A stretch of 64,000 nt of DNA from an uncultured Solirubrobacteraceae bacterium (GCA_963704495.1 OY969911.1:1764060-1828059); one strand, 5' to 3'. Positions 29,331 to 40,664 are shown, counted from the first letter of the stretch. The notes: generated from the letters alone by a model not told the origin. Numbers and translations: made by a program.

Positions 29331-31336
29331 GGCGCTACTCCGGGCAGTCGCCAGAGCACCTTGCTGTGGGGCAGGCCGGCCTTGCGCGAGACGTCGGTGC
29401 CGTGCGCGCGGATCCACTTGGCCGGCGGCGAGCAGGCTGGGTTTTTGGGCGAGATCAGATGCGGGCAGGGCGCGTTGAGGAAGGCGTAGCGCACTTCGCC
29501 GGCGGCGATCTTGCGCTTGAGCTGATCGAGCGTCGTGAACACTTTGGCGGCGTAGCTGGTGAGCACGACGACGGGGCGAGCATCTTTGACGATCAGCGCG
29601 CCGATCTGCGTGGCCGACTGCGCGGCGACCTCGTAACGCGCGGTGCCCTGGTGCGCGCGCAGGTAGCTCGAGAGCGGGTTGAGCACGTCGCCGGGCAGCA
29701 CGCCGACCTCGCCGGCGTCGGTCACGCGGTCTTTGATCGCGCGGATGTCGGTCTGCACGCAGATGGTCAGCATCGCGACGAGGCTCAGCCCGAGCACGGC
29801 GCCGGGGGCGAGCAGCGAGCGCAGCGCGGCGGGCAGCGCGGGTACACGCGCGAGCGCGGCCGCCCCGAGCGCCCCGAGCGCGGCGAGGAACGAGACCCAC
29901 CATATGGCCGGCGTGCCGTAGAGCAAGCGCTCGCCGTAATAGACGACGGCAGTGAGCGCGACGAGGAGAGCGGCCGGACGCAGCCAGCCGTGTGGCTCGG
30001 CGGCCCAGGCGGCGCCGAGCCCAAGAACGGCGGCGACGGCGGGCACGACGCCCTCGACGTAGCGCGGGTGCAGGCGCACCATGTGGCTGAACAGCACGAT
30101 GCCGGTGAGCAGCCACAGGCCAAGGCCGGCGGCGAAGGCCAGCTCGAGCCTGCGCTCGCGCGGCTGGGCGGCTTGTGCTTCTTGGCCGATGACCGGCGAC
30201 TCGCTGCGGTCGGTCTCGGCATGTTCGTGGGTGTCCGCGCGAAGATGCGGGGCGGCGGCGATGCCCGTGGCGGCGGAAGCGATGCCCGTGGCGGCGGCAT
30301 CGTGGTCACCGTCGTCTGGGGTCGTGCCGAGCCGGCGACGGCGCAGCATTACGCCGGACAGCAGCGCGGGAATGCCGAGCAGCAGCGCGGCGAGCAGCTC
30401 GAGTCCGAGGCGCTCGCCGGAAAGCGGGCCGACGCGCGCGAGCAGCCGCGTGGGGGACGGGGGGAGGATCGGGATGTGGTCGCGCTCGGACTGGGTGGCG
30501 ACGGGGTATTTGTGCCCAGGTTCGTATTCCCTGCCGCCGGGTTCGGGCGATTTGCCGCCGAGCCGGTCTTTGCCGTTGAACACGAACACGGCGTTCCAGG
30601 CGCTGCCGTTGGTCGAGCCGATCGCCCAGGGCCGGTCGTGAGCGGGCACGAACAGCGTCGCGGTGAGCCAGGCGAGCGCGACGACGACGTACACGGCGCC
30701 GGCCGCGGCGAGCTTCAGCGTGCGCTTGCCAAGCGACCCGGGGAAGCCGAGCAGCGCGAGCAGCGCCAGGCCGGGCAGCGCGACGAGCGACTCGAGGATC
30801 TTCACGTCGAAGGCCAGCCCGAGCACGGCGGCGCCGGCGAGCAGCCAGGCCGTCTTGCCCGTCTCGCAGGCGCGCACGACGAACAGCAGCGCGAACACGA
30901 TCAGCACCATCATGACCCCGTCCATCGTGTCGCTGCGCGAGGTGATCACGTCGACGGGGAGCACGGCGAGCGAGGCGGCGGCGGCGAGCCCGGCGATCGG
31001 ACTCCACATGCGCCGCACGGCGAGGAACAGGAGCGGCACGGCGGCGATGCCCGAGAGCGCCTCGGGCAGCTTCAGCGTGGCCGTGGAGAAGCCGAGCAGC
31101 TTGACGCTTGCGACCTGCAGCCACAGGTCGACGGGCGGCTTGTCGATCGAGACGCTCGCGGCGGGCTCGAAGGCACCGAAGAAGAAGTTGTGCCACGAGA
31201 GCCCCATGCTGCGCACGGCGGCGTCGTAGAAGGGGTCGGGGGCGACCTTGCCGATCAGGATCAGCCGCAGCGCTGCGGCGGCGAGCGTGATCAGGGCGAG
31301 AATCGCCCACTCGAGCGGTCTGACCGGCCTTCTCAT
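29327..31336 (-). CDS. GT-C fold glycosyltransferase (PMT/ArnT-like)
   Basis: FYDAAVRSM..SWHNFFF, IDKPP; multiple TM helices. Confidence 0.85.
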   Translation of the reverse strand: MRRPVRPLEWAILALITLAAAALRLILIGKVAPDPFYDAAVRSMGLSWHNFFFGAFEPAASVSIDKPPVDLWLQVASVKLLGFSTATLKLPEALSGIAAVPLLFLAVRRMWSPIAGLAAAASLAVLPVDVITSRSDTMDGVMMVLIVFALLFVVRACETGKTAWLLAGAAVLGLAFDVKILESLVALPGLALLALLGFPGSLGKRTLKLAAAGAVYVVVALAWLTATLFVPAHDRPWAIGSTNGSAWNAVFVFNGKDRLGGKSPEPGGREYEPGHKYPVATQSERDHIPILPPSPTRLLARVGPLSGERLGLELLAALLLGIPALLSGVMLRRRRLGTTPDDGDHDAAATGIASAATGIAAAPHLRADTHEHAETDRSESPVIGQEAQAAQPRERRLELAFAAGLGLWLLTGIVLFSHMVRLHPRYVEGVVPAVAAVLGLGAAWAAEPHGWLRPAALLVALTAVVYYGERLLYGTPAIWWVSFLAALGALGAAALARVPALPAALRSLLAPGAVLGLSLVAMLTICVQTDIRAIKDRVTDAGEVGVLPGDVLNPLSSYLRAHQGTARYEVAAQSATQIGALIVKDARPVVVLTSYAAKVFTTLDQLKRKIAAGEVRYAFLNAPCPHLISPKNPACSPPAKWIRAHGTDVSRKAGLPHSKVLWRLPGVAP

Positions 31337-31362
31337 CGGCGGGACGCTAGTCTCATCGCCTC

Positions 31363-31602
31363 GTGGCGAGTGAGAGCACCGACAGCAAAGATCGAACGGA
31401 GGAGGCCCACCAGCCGCGGGAGTGTATGCCCTGTCGCGGCAGTGGCAAGGTGATCTCCAACCTCGGCGGCACGCCGAGCACGGTCACCTGCCCGTGGTGC
31501 GAGGGCGGAGGCGTCCGCCTGCCCGGGGTCGACGCCCAGGCGAAATGGCAGGAGGGCGAGGAGGCCGCGGTCGACGAAGGCGAGGAAGCGGCGGTCGAGT
31601 AA
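31363..31602 (+). CDS. Small DnaJ-type zinc-finger protein
   Basis: CMPCRGSG..CPWCEGGG. Confidence 0.7.
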   Translation: MASESTDSKDRTEEAHQPRECMPCRGSGKVISNLGGTPSTVTCPWCEGGGVRLPGVDAQAKWQEGEEAAVDEGEEAAVE

Positions 31603-31706
31603 CGAGGTGCGGGCGGTGGCTTGTGCCACCCGCGGGGTGGAGCGGCGTGTGACAGACCGACGCCTCGAACGGGCGGGTAGTGCATGCGTCCAAGCTTGAT
31701 GCAACG

Positions 31707-31735
31707 CTAAAGATCGTGCCGGAGCAGGTCGATGC
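31707..31735 (+). promoter_or_regulatory. Sigma-28-like promoter of pilin 1
   Basis: CTAAAG-N15-GTCGATGC. Confidence 0.6.
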
Positions 31736-31759
31736 ACGGGCTGACAAAGCCAGTGTCGA

Positions 31760-31885
31760 GGTGCCAGGGCAGTATCCGTTTCGGGTGCGTAGCAAAGCCG
31801 GCGGCCTCTCAAAGAGAAGATCTACGGATCTACCAAGCGGGGGACCGCATCGCCACTTGCGGGCGATGGGCCGAGGGCTGGCGCT
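31760..31885 (+). ncRNA. Candidate structured leader of pilin 1
   Basis: GGTGCCAG/CTGGCGCT closing stem, CATCGCC/GGCGATG hairpin, GCAAAGCC..CGGCCT segment reminiscent of c-di-GMP-I riboswitches. Confidence 0.3.
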
Positions 31886-31912
31886 CAAAACCGGATCCTA
31901 GGAGGATCACAC

Positions 31913-32353
31913 ATGCTGTATCGACTGCGCCAGCGCTTGAGCAATGAGGGTGGTTTCACCCTTATCGAGCTTCTGGTCGTCATCCTGATCATCGGCATCC
32001 TGGCCGCGATCGCGATTCCGTCGTTCCTGAACCAGAAGGGCAAGGCCAACGACGCTTCGGCGAAGGAGCTTGCCCGTACGGCTCAGACGACGGCGGAGAC
32101 GATCGCTACCGAAAACAGCGGCAGCTACGCGAACGTCAGCCCGACCGAATTGAACAAAGTCGAAAAAACGATCCCGACCAAAGAAGAAAACAACAACGCG
32201 TGGATCAGCGCGGCCTCGGGCAGCGCGGAAGAATACTCCGTGACGGCCACGGCCCCGTCGACCAAAGACACGTTCACGATCACCAATAAAAAAGGTCTCG
32301 TAACCCGTACGTGCAGCGGCACGGGCGGAGGTTGCTCCAGCAGCAGCTGGTAA
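31913..32353 (+). CDS. pilA: Type IV major pilin, copy 1
   Basis: G/FTLIELLVV prepilin motif; C-terminal Cys pair; RBS AGGAGG. Confidence 0.93.
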   Translation: MLYRLRQRLSNEGGFTLIELLVVILIIGILAAIAIPSFLNQKGKANDASAKELARTAQTTAETIATENSGSYANVSPTELNKVEKTIPTKEENNNAWISAASGSAEEYSVTATAPSTKDTFTITNKKGLVTRTCSGTGGGCSSSSW

Positions 32354-32409
32354 CCGCCGTCGCGCGTAGCGGCCGTTGAGGCCACACGCGCGAGCTGATG
32401 AAGGACCAT

Positions 32410-32448
32410 GAGAGGCGGCCCATTGCGGGCCGCCTCTCTTCTTGCTTT
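32410..32448 (+). terminator. Intrinsic terminator after pilin 1
   Basis: GAGAGGCGGCCC-attgc-GGGCCGCCTCTC then TTCTTGCTTT. Confidence 0.85.
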
Positions 32449-32555
32449 CGGGCGGCTTCTCCAGGAGGCTTGACGACGTCAGGAGTCCGACCGGTGGCGA
32501 ACCTCGCGAAAGCTGATCGTCGGTTTTGCGAGCTTTAGTGCAAAGGGGAAAGTTG

Positions 32556-32584
32556 CTAATGAATCGAACGCCGGCGGCCGATGG
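32556..32584 (+). promoter_or_regulatory. Sigma-28-like promoter of pilin 2
   Basis: CTAATG-N15-GCCGATGG, 7 nt before ATG. Confidence 0.6.
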
Positions 32585-32591
32585 GCCTGAC

Positions 32592-33029
32592 ATGTCAACC
32601 CTCAAAGATCAGCTGCGCGACGAGCGCGGCTTCACCCTCATCGAGCTTCTGGTCGTGGTCCTGATCATCGGCATCCTGGCCGCGATCGCGATTCCCTCGT
32701 TCCTGAACCAGAAGGGCAAGGCCAACGACGCTTCGGCGAAGGAGCTTGCCCGCACGGCTCAGACGACAGCCGAGACGATCGCCACCGAAAGCGGTGGCAC
32801 ATACACAAACGTCAGCGCGACCGAACTGAACAAAGTCGAGAAATCGATCCCGACCAAAGAAGAAAACAACAACGCGTGGATCAGCGCGGCCTCGGGCAGC
32901 GCGGAAGAATACTCCGTGACGGCCACGGCCCCGTCGACCAAAGACACGTTCACGGTCACGAATAAAAAAGGCGTCGTGACACGTACGTGCACCGGCTCGG
33001 GCGGCGGCTGCAAAAGCAGCACCTGGTGA
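32592..33029 (+). CDS. pilA: Type IV pilin, copy 2
   Basis: G/FTLIELLVV; near-identical to copy 1. Confidence 0.93.
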   Translation: MSTLKDQLRDERGFTLIELLVVVLIIGILAAIAIPSFLNQKGKANDASAKELARTAQTTAETIATESGGTYTNVSATELNKVEKSIPTKEENNNAWISAASGSAEEYSVTATAPSTKDTFTVTNKKGVVTRTCTGSGGGCKSSTW

Positions 33030-33074
33030 CGCTGGGCGTCTCGCTGCGCGCTCCTCTGGGGCTTGCGGTGAGCG

Positions 33075-33103
33075 CTCAAGTCATACCGGCCCGGGACCGA
33101 TGA
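33075..33103 (+). promoter_or_regulatory. Sigma-28-like promoter of pilD
   Basis: CTCAAG-N15-ACCGATGA, 7 nt before ATG. Confidence 0.6.
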
Positions 33104-33110
33104 GATTCTC

Positions 33111-33860
33111 ATGGAGGCGGCCTTCGCAGGAGTGTTCGGTGCGATCTTCGGCTCGTTCCTGAACGTGGTCGCCTACCGGCTGCCGCGCCATCAGTCGCTG
33201 CTCGGGCCGGCCTCTCACTGTCCGGCGTGCGAAGCGCCGGTGAAGCCCTACGACAACGTCCCGATCCTCTCCTTCCTGCTGCTGCGCGGGCGCTGCCGCA
33301 GCTGCAGCGCGACGATCTCACCGCGCTATCCACTGGTCGAGGCGCTCACGGGGCTACTCTGCGCGGGCGCCGTGCTCGCGCACGGCTCGGCGGCTTCGAT
33401 CGCGCTGAGCGTGGCGCTGATCCTGATCGTCGTCCCGGCGGCGCTGATCGACGTCGAGCATCAGATCATCCCCAACGCCCTCACGGCGCTGGGCGCGGTG
33501 TTGGCGCTCGCGCTCGGGCTCGTGCTCGACCCGAGCGGCGAGCCGGCACGGTTGATCGCGGGCGTCGCGGGCGGCGGCTTCCTGCTGCTTGCGGCGCTCG
33601 CCTACCCCGGTGGCATGGGCATGGGCGACGTCAAGCTCGCCGGTGTGATGGGCCTGTTTCTCGGCAGCGCTGTGGCTCCGGCGATCTTCATTGCGCTGCT
33701 CGCTGGAGCACTGCTGGGAGGAGCCATCCTCGTGCGCAAGGGCGTGCAGGCGGGCCGCAAGACGAAGGTCCCGTTCGGCCCGTTCCTCGCCTTCGGCGCC
33801 GTCACGGCGACGTTCGTGGGTACAGAGATCGTCCATTTCTACGTCCATCACTTCCTCTAG
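33111..33860 (+). CDS. pilD: Prepilin peptidase
   Basis: GSFLNVV, SHCPAC, GRCRSC, GMGDVKL, PFGPFL. Confidence 0.95.
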   Translation: MEAAFAGVFGAIFGSFLNVVAYRLPRHQSLLGPASHCPACEAPVKPYDNVPILSFLLLRGRCRSCSATISPRYPLVEALTGLLCAGAVLAHGSAASIALSVALILIVVPAALIDVEHQIIPNALTALGAVLALALGLVLDPSGEPARLIAGVAGGGFLLLAALAYPGGMGMGDVKLAGVMGLFLGSAVAPAIFIALLAGALLGGAILVRKGVQAGRKTKVPFGPFLAFGAVTATFVGTEIVHFYVHHFL

Positions 33861-33870
33861 GCGCCCAGCG

Positions 33871-33899
33871 CTAAAGGGCTGCCCGGCTCGCGCCGATAC
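33871..33899 (+). promoter_or_regulatory. Sigma-28-like promoter of pilMNO
   Basis: CTAAAG-N15-GCCGATAC. Confidence 0.65.
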
Positions 33900-33932
33900 G
33901 GCTCCTGCGCACCGGCTGCGCGCCAGCACCAA

Positions 33933-35311
33933 ATGCGTCCTTCACTCCCCTCACTCTCCTCACTTCCTTCGCTTTCCAGCGCAACGCTGCGGCTGCCGAA
34001 GTTCTCTTCGCGCTCCAGCGCGGGCGAGATCGTGGGGCTTGACATCGAGCCCGGTCTCGTAGCTGCGGTGAAGGCGCGCGTGAACGGCTCGATCCTCGCC
34101 GAACGCGCCGCCGCCCAGCCGCTCGACGCCGACACGGTGCGCGAGGGCGAGGTCGTCGACATCGACGCGCTGACGGAGGCACTGCGCGAGATGTTCTCGG
34201 CCGGCGGTCTCGGCAAGCGCGTGCGCGTGGGCATCGCCAATCAGCGCACGGTGATGCGCACGCTCGACTTGCCGCCGGTGACCGACCGCAAGGAGCTCGC
34301 CGCGGCCGTGCGCTTCCAAGCCCAAGACCAGGTGCCGATGCCGCTCTCCAATGCGGTGCTCGACTTCCACCCACTCGGCCTGGTTGATACGCCGGCCGGC
34401 CAGCGCCAGCGCGTCGTGCTCGTGGCCGCCCAGCGCGACATGGTCGAAAAGTTCTTGACGGCAGTGCGACGCGCGGGGCTCACGCCGGAGGGCGTGGACC
34501 TGTCCGCCTTCGCCCTGATCCGCTCGCTGCACGATCGCGCCGAAGGCGAGACCGGGCGCGTGCTCTACCTGAACGTCGACGGACTCTCCAACCTGGCGAT
34601 CGCCGAGGGCACCGTATGCCGCTTCACGCGCGTGGTCGGCGGCGGTGTCGAGGCGATGGCCGGTGAGCTGGCGGAGCGCCGCGCGATCTCGCTGACCGAC
34701 GCGCGTGCGCTGCTCGCGACCGTCGACCTGGGCACGCCGGAAGCAGCCAATGCAGGTGCGTTCGCGAAGGCCGCGCCGGCGCCGGCCGAGGACGCCGTCA
34801 CGGCGATCGAAGCGGCGCTTGAGCAGGAGCCGGCCGAGCCCTCCGAGGAGCAGCCGGCGGCCGAGCAGGACGTCGCGGATGGGCAGTCGGAGGAGGACAC
34901 GGAGGCTGCTCGCAAACAGCACGAAGCGCAGGAACGCGCGCTGGGCTATGCCGAGCAGCTCGCGGCGGCGCAGGCCCCGCCGGCACCCGTCGAGACCACT
35001 TCTTCGGCAGCTCACTCCGACGAGGACATCCGTGGCGTGCGTCGAGAACGGCGTGCGCGAGATCTGCCGGCGAGGTACGCAACTCACTCGACTTCCACCG
35101 CACGCAGGAGCAGGGCGGAGAAGTCTCACACGTCGCCCTCAGCGGCGGCGCGCTCGATCTTCCGGGCTTCGCCGAGGCGCTTCAGTCAGCGCTTGGCATG
35201 GAGGTCCGCAAGCAGGTCGTTGGACTCGTGGACGCGAATCTGCACGGCAAGGTTTCGACCAATCGCCTGGCGGTCGCGGCCGGTCTCGCCGCGATGGAGG
35301 CGCCGCAATGA
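33933..35311 (+). CDS. pilM: PilM (actin-like), with acidic insertion; frameshifts ~35040-35075
   Basis: VGLDIE, VPMPLSNAVLDF, VALSGG. Confidence 0.85.
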
Positions 35312-36053
35312 AGGCCGTAAACCTGATCCCCTCCGAAGAGCGGCGCGGCGGGTCGGTCGGCATCGGACGCTCAGGCGGCGCCGCCTACATCGTGCTCGGT
35401 GCGCTTGGCGTGCTGGCTGTGCTCGTGCTGCTGTACGGCATGGCACGCCACCAGGTCTCCGACCGCAAGGACAAAGCTCGCTTCGATCACGGCGCAGACC
35501 CAGCGCGCGCAGGAAGCTGCCAACGCGCTCACTCCCTACACGAGCTTCGTCGCGCTGCGCGAACAGCGCATGGCGGCGGTCGAGGCGGTTGTCGACTCGC
35601 GCTTTGACTGGGCGCACGCGTTCCACGAGCTCGGCCGCGTGCTGCCGAAGGACACGTCGATTGCCACGCTCGACGGCACGGTCGGTACCGCGCCCGCGAC
35701 GATCTCGACAGCGCCCGCACCGCGCCGCGAGTACCGCGACGCCGGCTTCGGCAACGTCTGCGACCCCGCCCGGCAGCGTCCCGACGATGACCCTCGGCGG
35801 TTGTGCCTCCAGTCAGGCGGAGGTTGCCCTGACGCTTCAGCGGCTGCGGCTGATGGACGGCGTCAGTGCGGTCAGCCTGCAGAGCTCGGCCAAATCGAGC
35901 TCGACCGGCGCGGGCGGTGCCTCGAGCAACGGCAACTGCAAGGCGCAGAGCCCGACCTTCAGCGTGCAGATCACCTTTGAACCGTTGCCGACGCCCGCCG
36001 CGAGCGGTGGCTCGGCCAGCAAACTGACGGCATCGACGGGAGGCGGACAGTGA
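35308..36053 (+). CDS. pilN: PilN-like protein (frameshifted)
   Basis: MKAVNLIP, TM helix, coiled coil. Confidence 0.8.
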
Positions 36054-36802
36054 CCACGCGCGACCGACTCGTCCTGATCGGCGTAATGGCCCTGGCCGTG
36101 CTGGCGGCTGTATGGCTGCTGGTGGTCTCGCCGGAGCGCAGCAAGGCGAGCAAACTGAGCAGCGAAGTGAGCACCGCGAGCGCTCAACTGGCGAGCGCCC
36201 AAGGCGATGCCGCCAGCGCGCGCGCCTCACAGCAGCGCTACTCCGCGGCCTACTCCTCGGTGGTCAGCCTCGGCAAAGCTGTCCCGGCGAGTGAAGAAGT
36301 GCCTTCGCTGATGTACCAGATCGCCCAGGCCACCAACGAGAAGCACGTGCAGTTCAACTCGATCACGACCGGTGGCGGCGTGGGCGGCAGCTCGAGCGCG
36401 AGTTCGGCTTCGAGCACCGTGGCCGCCGCGGCGGCGAGCGCGGGCTTCACGCAGATGCCCTTCACGTTTGTGTTCGGGGGTAGCTTCAACGACCTCTACC
36501 ACCTCTTCCAGCAGCTCAACGCGGCAACCGTGCGCACGTCGGACGGCGGCCTTCAGGTGAGCGGACGCCTGCTCACGCTGCAGGCCGTCAAGCTGGAGCC
36601 TGCAGCTACCGAAGGCTCCTCGAGCCAGCTGACGGGCACGATCACGGCAACGGCGTACGTGCTCCCGGCCAGTCAAGGGCTGACCGCGGGCGCGACACCG
36701 TCCTCGCCGGCCACGCCTGCTAGCGCGACGAGCGCGTCGAGCACGACAAGCAGTTCCAGTGCCGCACCGGCGCCGGCGGCGACGATCGGAGCGCTTCGAT
36801 GA
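36050..36802 (+). CDS. pilO: PilO-like protein
   Basis: N-terminal TM, AVP..EVPSLMYQI, RLLTL. Confidence 0.8.
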   Translation: MTTRDRLVLIGVMALAVLAAVWLLVVSPERSKASKLSSEVSTASAQLASAQGDAASARASQQRYSAAYSSVVSLGKAVPASEEVPSLMYQIAQATNEKHVQFNSITTGGGVGGSSSASSASSTVAAAAASAGFTQMPFTFVFGGSFNDLYHLFQQLNAATVRTSDGGLQVSGRLLTLQAVKLEPAATEGSSSQLTGTITATAYVLPASQGLTAGATPSSPATPASATSASSTTSSSSAAPAPAATIGALR

Positions 36803-37872
36803 ACGCCTTCTTCGATTCGCTGAAGTCGGACCTGTTCGACCGGCGGCTGACGCCGGTGCTCGCCCTGCTGGGCACGGCGCTGCTCGCCGCGATCGTGTAC
36901 GCGGTCATCGGCGGCGGCTCGAGCTCACCGGCCCCTTCCGCGAGCGCGCCCGTCGCGGTGCCGAAGACCTCGGGCATCGCGGTCACGGCGGCCGAGACCA
37001 CGAAGACGCCGGCGGCCGAGACGACCAGCGGCTCCGCCGAGCAGACGGTCGGAGGAGCCGTGCGCAATCCCTTCCACCCACTTCCAGGCGTGAAAAGCGC
37101 GACCACGGCGGCGACGTCGGCGAGCGCCTCAGGGTCCTCCAGCGGCGTCTCCCCGACCAGCGGCTCGAGCGGCGAAAGCAGCTCAGGCTCGGGCGGCTCG
37201 GAAGGCTCGAGCTCGGAAGGCTCCGGCTCGGAAACGAGCTCCCCCTCGCAGGGCGGCGGCACGCAGTCGCAGGAAAAGAAGTCGGCCAAGCCGGGCAAGG
37301 CCTACAAGGTCTCCGTCCTGTTCGGCATGGCCCCGGCCGGCACGCCGGCGCTGAGCGCTGGGCTGACCTCATACGAGAGCCTCAAGCGCCAGCAGCCGCT
37401 GCCGTCCTCGACGCAGCCGCTGATCGTCTTCCGCGGCGTTATCGCAGGCGGCAAGAGCGCGACTTTCACGCTCGTCGGCGAAGCGATCCTGCGCGGCAGC
37501 GCGGCCTGCCTGCCAAGCGCATCGCAGTGCCAGGCGATCGACCTGAAAGCTCGGCGAGACCGAGGAACTCGAATACGTGCCGCTCGGACGGCACGGCGAT
37601 CACCTACGAGCTGCACCTCGTGAAGATCGAAGCGATCAAGGCCAAAGTGGCCAAAGCCGGCAAGGCGGCCAAGGCCGCGAGGGCAAGCATGGCGAACACG
37701 ACGGCCGGCGAGTCGAAGGCCGGCCTGAAGCTGCTGCGCGAATCGGCCTGATGCGCTCTGCCGGGCCTGCGCTACTCGAGCGATGGCGGCGTGCTCGTGT
37801 TCCTGAGGACCCGCCACGCCTCCGCCGCACACGCTCACGTCTCGGCGTCGGGGCGCGGCGCACAAGGGCTGA
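36799..37872 (+). CDS. Pilus-associated membrane-anchored hypothetical protein (PilP position; frameshifted)
   Basis: TM, RNPF motif, Ser/Gly linker; follows pilO. Confidence 0.6.
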
Positions 37873-37900
37873 GCGCGGCGCAGCAAATAAGCTTGGGGCC

Positions 37901-39077
37901 GTGGCGCTCCGTCTGATCACCGCCGGCGAGTCGCACGGCCCCGGTCTCACCTGCATCGTCGAGGGCCTGCCCGCGGGCCTTCGAGCTCGCCGCCCGAGGA
38001 CCTCAACGGCGACATGGCGCGCCGCCAGCTCGGCCACGGCCGCGGCGGGCGCATGAAGATCGAGCGCGACGCCGCCGAGGTGACCGGCGGCGTCCGCCAC
38101 GGGCGCACGCTCGGCGGCCCGATCGCGCTGCAGGTCGCCAACCGCGACTACGCCAACTGGGAGGAGCGGATGAACCCCTGGCCGGTGGATCGAGGAGGTC
38201 GCCGAGGTGCACCTGCCGCGCCCCGGTCACGCCGACCTCGTGGGCACGCAGAAGTACAAGCAGCAGCGACGTGCGCAACATCCTCGAGCGTGCCTCGGCG
38301 CGCGAGACGGCGGCGCGCGTGGCCGGCGGCGCGCTGTGCAAGGCGTTCCTGCGGGCGCTCGGCGTGGAGGTCCGCTCGCACGTCGTGCAGATCGCCTCGG
38401 TGCGCGCGCCCGAGCGCGGGAGCGAGCTGACGCTCGAGGACTTCGCCGAGGTCGACGCCTCGCCCGTGCGCTGCCTGGACGCCGATGCCACGCGCGCGAT
38501 GGTGCGCGAGATCGACGACCTGCGCAAGGCGAACGAGTCGCTCGGCGGCGTGTTCGAGGTGCAGGCCTTCGGGCTGGTGCCGGGGCTCGGCTCGCACGTC
38601 TCCTGGGAGGAGCGCCTGGACGGGCGCCTGGCGATGGCGATCTGCTCGATCCAGGCGATCAAGGGCGTCTCGATCGGCGACGCGTTCACGATCGCCGGGC
38701 TGCCGGGCTCGCAGGCGCACGACGAGATCTTCTACTCCGCCGAGCGCGGCTACTACCGCGAGACCAACCGCGCGGGTGGCCTGGAGGGCGGCATGACCAA
38801 CGGCCTGCCGCTGATCGTGCGCGGCGCGATGAAGCCGCTGCCGACGCTGACCAAGCCGCTGCGCTCGGTCGACACCGAGACGCACGAGCCGGCGCAGGCG
38901 CTGCGCGAGCGCACCGACTCGTGCACCGTGCCCGCGGCCGGCGTGGTCGGCGAGGCGATGGTCGCGCTTCGTGCTGGCCGACGCCTACCGGCGCAAGTTC
39001 GGCGGCGACCACATCGACGACGTGCGCGAGGCCGTCGCGCGCCTACGCGGAGCGGATCGGATGGCTTCAGTAGCTGA
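37901..39077 (+). CDS. aroC: Chorismate synthase (frameshifted)
   Basis: TAGESHG, PRPGHAD, ERASARET, GGLEGGMTNG. Confidence 0.93.
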
Positions 39078-40664
39078 GGCGCCGCGCCGCGCGCTGGTCC
39101 TGATCGGCTTCATGGGCGCCGGGCAAGTCGACGGTCGCGGCCGAGCTCGCGCAGGCGCTGGGGGTCCAGGCGCTCGACAGCGACGAGCTGCTGGTCGAGC
39201 GCTTCGGGCATTCGGTCGCGGAGCGAGTTCGAGCGCAGCGGCGAGGCGTCGTTTCGCGCAGCCGAGGAGCAGCTCGTGTGCGAGCTGCTCGATGCGGCGG
39301 CGCCGGGGACGGTGATCGCGCTGGGCGGCGGCAGCGTGCTCTCGGCGCGCGTGCGCACGGCGCTGGAGCCGCACGTCGTCGTGCTGCTCGACGTCGAGGC
39401 CGAGCGGGCATGGGAGCGCGTCGGCGGCCCGAGCGGCGAGGCGCTGCCCGGGGCTCTGAGCGCCCGCTGGCGCGCGACCGCGAGGCGTTCCTGGCGCTGC
39501 ACGCCGAGCGCAGCGACGCTATACGAGCGCTCGCCGATGCGATCCTGCCGTCGCTCTCGCGTGGCGGCGCGGCGCGCGTGCTCGACGCGCTGCGCGCGCT
39601 GGCGGCGGCGCCACGCGGCACGCGCCTGCTGTGGGCGAGCGGGCGCGTCGGGCGAGTACCCGGTGCTGATCGGGCGCGGCCTGCTGCGCGCGCTCGGCTC
39701 CGACGTCGGGCGCGAGCTGTGGCCGCTGGACCGCTCGCGCTCGCGTCCGTTCTGCGTGACCGACGAGAACGTCGGGCGCGCTGTACGGCGAGCAGCTGGG
39801 CGAGCTGGCCGGGACGATCGCGATCGCGCCCGGCGAGCAGCAAGACGCTCGCGACGCGCCGAACGCGTGTGGCGCGCGCTGGTGGCGGCCGGCGTCACGC
39901 GCGCCGATCACCTGGTCGCGCTCGGCGGCGGCGTCGTCGGCGATCTGGCGGGCTTCTGCGCGGCCACCTACCAGCGCGGCGTGCCGATCGTGCAGGTGCC
40001 GACAACGCTCGTCGCCCAGGTCGACTCCGCCTACGGCGGCAAGACGGGCGTGGACCTGCCGGAGGCGAAGAACTACGTCGGCGCCTACCACCAGCCGGCG
40101 GGCGTGCTGGTCGATCCGGACACGCTGCGACGCTGCCGCCGAGGAGCTCGCGGCGGGCTGGGTGGAGGTGCTGAAGACGGCGCTGATCGCCGGCGGAGCG
40201 CTGTGGGAGCGCGTCGGCGGCGGACGAAGATCTCGACGAGCAGATCGTGCTCGCGTGCGCGCGCACGAAGCTCGCGGTGGTCGCGGCGGACGAGCGCGAC
40301 GCCGGGCGCCGCCAGGTGCTCAACCTCGGCCACACGGTCGGCCACGCGATCGAGACGGCGACCGGCTACGCACCGCTACCGCCACGGCGAGGCCGTCGGG
40401 CTCGGGCTGCTCGCGGCGCTGCGGCTGTCGGGCACGGAGGCGCTGCGCGAGCAGGTGCGCGAGCTGCTGCTGGCGCGCGGGCTGCCGGTGAGCTTCGACG
40501 GTGCGAGCGCGGAGCAGGTCGTGGCGGCGACGGCGCGCGACAAGAAGCGCGTGGGCAAGGAGCTGCCGTTCGTGCTGCTCACAGAGCCGGGGCAGGCGCG
40601 CACGGGCTGCACGGTCGCCGAGGCTGAGCTGCAGGCGGCCGTCGCGGAGCTCGCGCAGCCGTGA
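39061..40664 (+). CDS. aroKB: Shikimate kinase / 3-dehydroquinate synthase bifunctional protein (frameshifted)
   Basis: [15 protein letters not shown]; [27 protein letters not shown]. Confidence 0.88.

Noticed and set aside
28922-31453. 843-aa plus-strand ORF and similar long Arg/Ala-rich ORFs
   Set aside because: Antisense shadows of real genes in high-GC DNA
33933-36053. PilM-PilN fusion ORF (706 aa)
   Set aside because: The middle section is out of frame; pilN has its own ATG at 35308
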